Of a stretch of DNA of 64,000 nucleotides, positions 60,466 through 64,000 are shown piece after piece. Source of the DNA: Candidatus Latescibacterota bacterium (GTDB taxonomy: Bacteria > Latescibacterota > UBA2968 > UBA8231); NCBI GenBank assembly GCA_965206595.1, contig OZ242214.1, forward strand, positions 2,112,001 through 2,176,000, written 5' to 3'. The notes under the pieces were generated by a model. That model was not told the origin of the DNA, ran no database searches, and saw only the letters and a list, made by a program, of their open reading frames with translations. The translations under genes were made by a program, and so were the position numbers. Numbering within the stretch: the stretch's first letter is position 1; every line of letters begins with the position of its first letter.

Positions 60466-61191
60466 ATGACCGTCATCCATACAACCGATGACCTGATTCG
60501 CCTGCTGGAAGAAAACGACGAGTTCCGCCAGGCCGTCCGCCGCCATGTACTGTCGGACGAGTTGGTTCAGCTCCCCGAACGGCTTGCCAGATTCGCCACG
60601 CGCATGGAGACCTTTGTCGACGAGCAGAAGCAGTTCAACAAGGAGCAGCGGCAGTTCAACAAGGAGCAGAACCAGTTCAACAAGGAGATGCGGGAGTTCA
60701 AAGAGGATCAGCTGCAGTTCAACGAGGAGCAGCGGCAGTCAAATCAACGAATGGAGACTGCCATAGGCGAGCTTCGCGGCAACGTGGCCCGGCAGGTGGT
60801 CGGCGCGCATTCCAAGGAAATCGCCGAGGGTATGGGCTTTCAGGTGAAGCGGCTCCTGGCGAGACCGGATCTCTTCCGACTGCTCGTCCGGAACGATCCC
60901 GGCGACCTGACGCGCGGCGAACGGCAAAGCTTCTTTCGCGCGGACCTGGTCCTGGAAGCCACGGATCCCGACGGGTCTCTCCATTACATCGCCATCGAGG
61001 CATCCTACACCGCCGACAAACGGGATACCGACCGCGCCCTGCGCAACGCCGAGCTGATGGAAACGTTCACCGGGCACCGGGCCCACGCCCTCATCGCCAG
61101 CGTGCGGAACGTCCGCGAAATTCAGGGACTGATCGACGCCGGCACGGTGTCCTGGTACGCCCTCGAGACCGACGACTTCACGCCGGAATAG
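60466..61191 (+). CDS. Coiled-coil heptad-repeat protein with PD-(D/E)XK-like C-terminus
   Basis: DDLIRLLEENDEFRQAVRR; EQxQFNK repeats; RADLVL..YIAIEAS. Confidence 0.72.
   Translation: MTVIHTTDDLIRLLEENDEFRQAVRRHVLSDELVQLPERLARFATRMETFVDEQKQFNKEQRQFNKEQNQFNKEMREFKEDQLQFNEEQRQSNQRMETAIGELRGNVARQVVGAHSKEIAEGMGFQVKRLLARPDLFRLLVRNDPGDLTRGERQSFFRADLVLEATDPDGSLHYIAIEASYTADKRDTDRALRNAELMETFTGHRAHALIASVRNVREIQGLIDAGTVSWYALETDDFTPE
60622..60747 (+). repeat. About six 21-bp coding tandem repeats
   Basis: GAGCAG-NNN-CAGTTCAACAAG units. Confidence 0.85.
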
Positions 61192-61456
61192 CGCCGTTAC
61201 CGAAGCTCGGGCATGGCGGGGTTGAACCGATCCGATCTTCCGGGTCCATCGAGGCGCGGGGGCTCCTGCCCTGACGGACAGGCCGCCCACACATTGCAGC
61301 TACCCCACTACCCGGTCCGCGTGATCGCCCGCCGGTCTTGAGGCGCGCCATTGCGCGGGCATTTCCCCGGCGCGGACCCGGTGTCCCTGCCGGCTCTTCA
61401 GCGACCGACCAGGGCACGCGCCTGGCGTCGGGAACCCCTCCTGCCACGGACCGCTC

Positions 61457-62590
61457 TCACTGCCAGAGCGGCTCGCCGTCGTCGAACTGGCTCTGCAGGA
61501 AATCCTCGTTGAGCTCCACCCCGAGCCCCGGCTTCTCCGACAGCACCACGTGCCCCTGCTGTATCGCCGGCTTCTCCGAGAGGATGACGTCGTTCCAGGT
61601 CGGGTCGTCGTAGCGGTGGAACTCCAGCGCCAGGAAGTTCGGCACGCTGGCGCAGACGTGGGCGTCGGCGACGGTGCTCAGGGCGCTCGAGTTGTTGTGC
61701 GGCGCGAAGGGGATGTAGTAGATCTCCGCCATGTTGGCGATCTTGCGGCACTCGGACAAGCCCCCGCACTTGGAGATGTCCGGCATGATGACGTCGACCG
61801 CCTGGCGCTCGAGCATCTCGCGGAAGCCGTAGCGCAGGTAGGCGTTCTCGCCGGCACAGATCGGCGTGCTCGTCGACTCGGTGACGCGCTTGAGGGCGTC
61901 GATGTTCTCCGGCGGCACCGGCTCCTCCAGCCACATCAGGTTCAGGTCTTCCATCTCCTGCGCCACCTTCGTGCCCGCGGTGGCGTCGTAGCGGCCGTGC
62001 AGGTCGATGGCGAGATCGATCTCCGGGCCGACCGCCTCGCGGATCTCGTGGGCCTGGTCGACCATGATGCCGAGCTCTCCCGGGGTCACCGACCAGTTCC
62101 AGGGGTCGAGCTTGTGCGGGTTGGCGGCGTCGTCGAGGTCGAATTTTATCGCCGTGAAGCCGTCCCCCCGAACCGCGGCGGCGCGCTCCTCGTAGTTGGA
62201 GTGGGCGCTGTCGACGTAGAGCCGCACCCGGTCGCGGAACCTGCCGCCGAGCAGGCGGTAGACCGGCACTTCCTGGGCCTTGCCGGCCAGGTCCCACAGG
62301 GCGATCTCCAGCCCGGTCAGGGCGGAGATCGCCAGGCCGGAGAATCCCCCCCGGAAGATGTAGCTGCGCCTGATCCCCTCGAAGCAGGCGTCGACGTCGC
62401 GCGGGTCCTGGCCGATCAGCTGCTGCGCCATGGTCCGGGTCGAGCCGCGCCAGCCGCCGTCGACGTGGCTGGCCTCCCCGGTGCCGTAGATCCCGGCATC
62501 GGAGTGAACGCGCACGTAGTGGTAGGTGTAGCGGGGGGCGCCGCTGACCTTGACGGTCACCTCCGCGGTCCTGATCTCGGTGATTTTCAT
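61457..62590 (-). CDS. Mandelate racemase/muconate lactonizing enzyme family dehydratase
   Basis: ALWDLAGK, PVYRLLGG, IDLHG, WLEEP, GEN, PDISKCGG, APHN. Confidence 0.92.
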   Translation of the reverse strand: MKITEIRTAEVTVKVSGAPRYTYHYVRVHSDAGIYGTGEASHVDGGWRGSTRTMAQQLIGQDPRDVDACFEGIRRSYIFRGGFSGLAISALTGLEIALWDLAGKAQEVPVYRLLGGRFRDRVRLYVDSAHSNYEERAAAVRGDGFTAIKFDLDDAANPHKLDPWNWSVTPGELGIMVDQAHEIREAVGPEIDLAIDLHGRYDATAGTKVAQEMEDLNLMWLEEPVPPENIDALKRVTESTSTPICAGENAYLRYGFREMLERQAVDVIMPDISKCGGLSECRKIANMAEIYYIPFAPHNNSSALSTVADAHVCASVPNFLALEFHRYDDPTWNDVILSEKPAIQQGHVVLSEKPGLGVELNEDFLQSQFDDGEPLWQ

Positions 62591-62639
62591 CTTGACCCTC
62601 TCCTTTCGAACTGCCGAATTCTACGTACTATCGATTCCC

Positions 62640-64000
62640 ATGGCTACGTCGCATTTCAGTCTCAGAGGCATGTTCATCGGGGTGATTCTCTGTCTGGGCA
62701 TCGGTCTGCTCGCTCCCTTCTGGACCGTCTTCAGCTATATGTGGATCGGGTTCAATCCCTCTTCGCCGGGGGCCATTTTATTCTTCGCGATCACCGTCCT
62801 CGGGAGCGCCGTCATCGGCCTGGTCAGCCGCCGGTTGTCGCTGCCGAAGGCCGATCTCGTGCTGATCTACTGCATGTTGCTGATGGCCGTAACCGTGCCG
62901 ACCTGGGGGCTGATGTTCTTCCTGCTCGGCACCATGGTCTACCCCTACTACTACGCGACCCCGGAGAACCGCTTCGAAGATCTCCTGCACTCGCACATTT
63001 CCTCCTGGATGGTTCCCCAGGATGAGCGGGCGATCAAGGATTATTACGAGGGCTTGCCGAGGGGGGCGTCGATCCCGTGGGAAGCCTGGATCGAGCCGAT
63101 GGGGTACTGGCTGGCGTTCGTGGGGGTGCTCTGTTTCATGCTGATCTGTGCGAGCGCCATTCTGCACCGCCAGTGGTCGGTCCACGAGCGGCTCACTTAT
63201 CCGATGATGCAGTTGCCGCAGCAGATGACAGAGGGCGGCCGAGTCGGCAGCCGCCTGGCCCCTTTCTTCAAGAGCTGGCCGATGTGGGTGGGATTCGCGA
63301 TTCCGCTCCTGCTGCTGAGCATGAACGGTCTCAATTTCTTCTATCCGGAAGTGCCGCAGTTCAGGCAGGGAAGCAGCCTGAGCCTGTTCAACAACACCGT
63401 CCACCTCGGGTTTCACTTCAAGCTCGCCTACATCGGTTTCTTCTATCTCGTCGACCTGCATATATCGTTCAGCATCTGGTTCTTCTACGTGTTGTGCAAG
63501 CTCGAGGACGGCCTGTTCAACACCCTCGGCATTTCGAGCACCGAGAAGCTGAGCACGTACGAATACTCGCAGTCGGCCGATCTCACCCACCAGCTGACCG
63601 GCGCGGTCTTCGTCTTCGTGCTCTACGGCCTGTGGAACGCCCGCGGCCATCTCGCGGACGTCCTGCACAAGGCGTGGAACCCGGACGCCGGGAGCGACGA
63701 CGGCGAGGAATTGCTCAGCTACCGCACGGCGGTGGCCGGGTTTCTCGCGAGCCTGCTTTTCGCCGGCGTCTGGCTGTGGCGATCCGGGGTGCCGGCGGTC
63801 TTGGTGCCGGTGCTGCTGATCACCGGCGTCATCTTCTTCATCCTCGTTGCCCGGGTCGTAACCACCGCCGGGGTGGCGACGGCGCGCAGTCCGATCGTAC
63901 CGGCCTACTTCATCATATCGGGGTTCGGCACCTCCATTCTCGGCGCCAAGGGCCTGGTGGCGTTGAATTTCACCTTCATCTGGCAGGGGGGGGGAATCGC
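62640..64000 (+). CDS. DUF6785-like polytopic membrane protein (3' end off window)
   Basis: Manual translation: MATSHFSLRG..., ADLVLIYCML, IPWEAW, LHRQWSVHERLTYP. Confidence 0.75.
   Translation, partial: MATSHFSLRGMFIGVILCLGIGLLAPFWTVFSYMWIGFNPSSPGAILFFAITVLGSAVIGLVSRRLSLPKADLVLIYCMLLMAVTVPTWGLMFFLLGTMVYPYYYATPENRFEDLLHSHISSWMVPQDERAIKDYYEGLPRGASIPWEAWIEPMGYWLAFVGVLCFMLICASAILHRQWSVHERLTYPMMQLPQQMTEGGRVGSRLAPFFKSWPMWVGFAIPLLLLSMNGLNFFYPEVPQFRQGSSLSLFNNTVHLGFHFKLAYIGFFYLVDLHISFSIWFFYVLCKLEDGLFNTLGISSTEKLSTYEYSQSADLTHQLTGAVFVFVLYGLWNARGHLADVLHKAWNPDAGSDDGEELLSYRTAVAGFLASLLFAGVWLWRSGVPAVLVPVLLITGVIFFILVARVVTTAGVATARSPIVPAYFIISGFGTSILGAKGLVALNFTFIWQGGGI

Overview
GC-rich bacterial chromosome window. 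Its gene content (ankyrin protein, LDL-receptor/LRR/dockerin/FlgD-Ig protein, DUF6785, PhyH, CehA/McbA) suggests a sponge-symbiont-type Latescibacterota/Poribacteria-like organism; this is inference only. It carries a complete type I-C CRISPR-Cas locus on the minus strand (cas3-cas5-cas8c-cas7-cas4-cas1-cas2, leader, 16 repeats and 15 spacers). A 14.4-19.4 kb island holds nested IS remnants (IS1595, ISL3, IS5, IS66) around a phage/satellite-like small-ORF operon with a strong promoter and tandem terminators. There are several toxin-antitoxin or defence-like modules, further IS elements (ISL3, IS701, IS1182-like) with recognisable TIRs and TSDs, and many catabolic and transport genes. Best candidates for something new: (1) a solitary degenerate CRISPR repeat flanked by a 10-bp duplication and placed directly in front of the cas4 start codon, a possible Cas5d-dependent autoregulation of the adaptation genes; (2) a low-GC three-gene operon, TIGR04255 + unknown + ART/RES-like protein, a candidate TAC-like antiviral system; (3) a YgiT-type antitoxin fused to an HNH nuclease, whose cognate toxin was hit by two IS elements; (4) an HsdR-N nuclease fused to a SeqA-C-like domain, upstream of vapBC. 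All family calls are by eye from motifs; no searches were run. Several single-base frameshifts may be sequencing errors.
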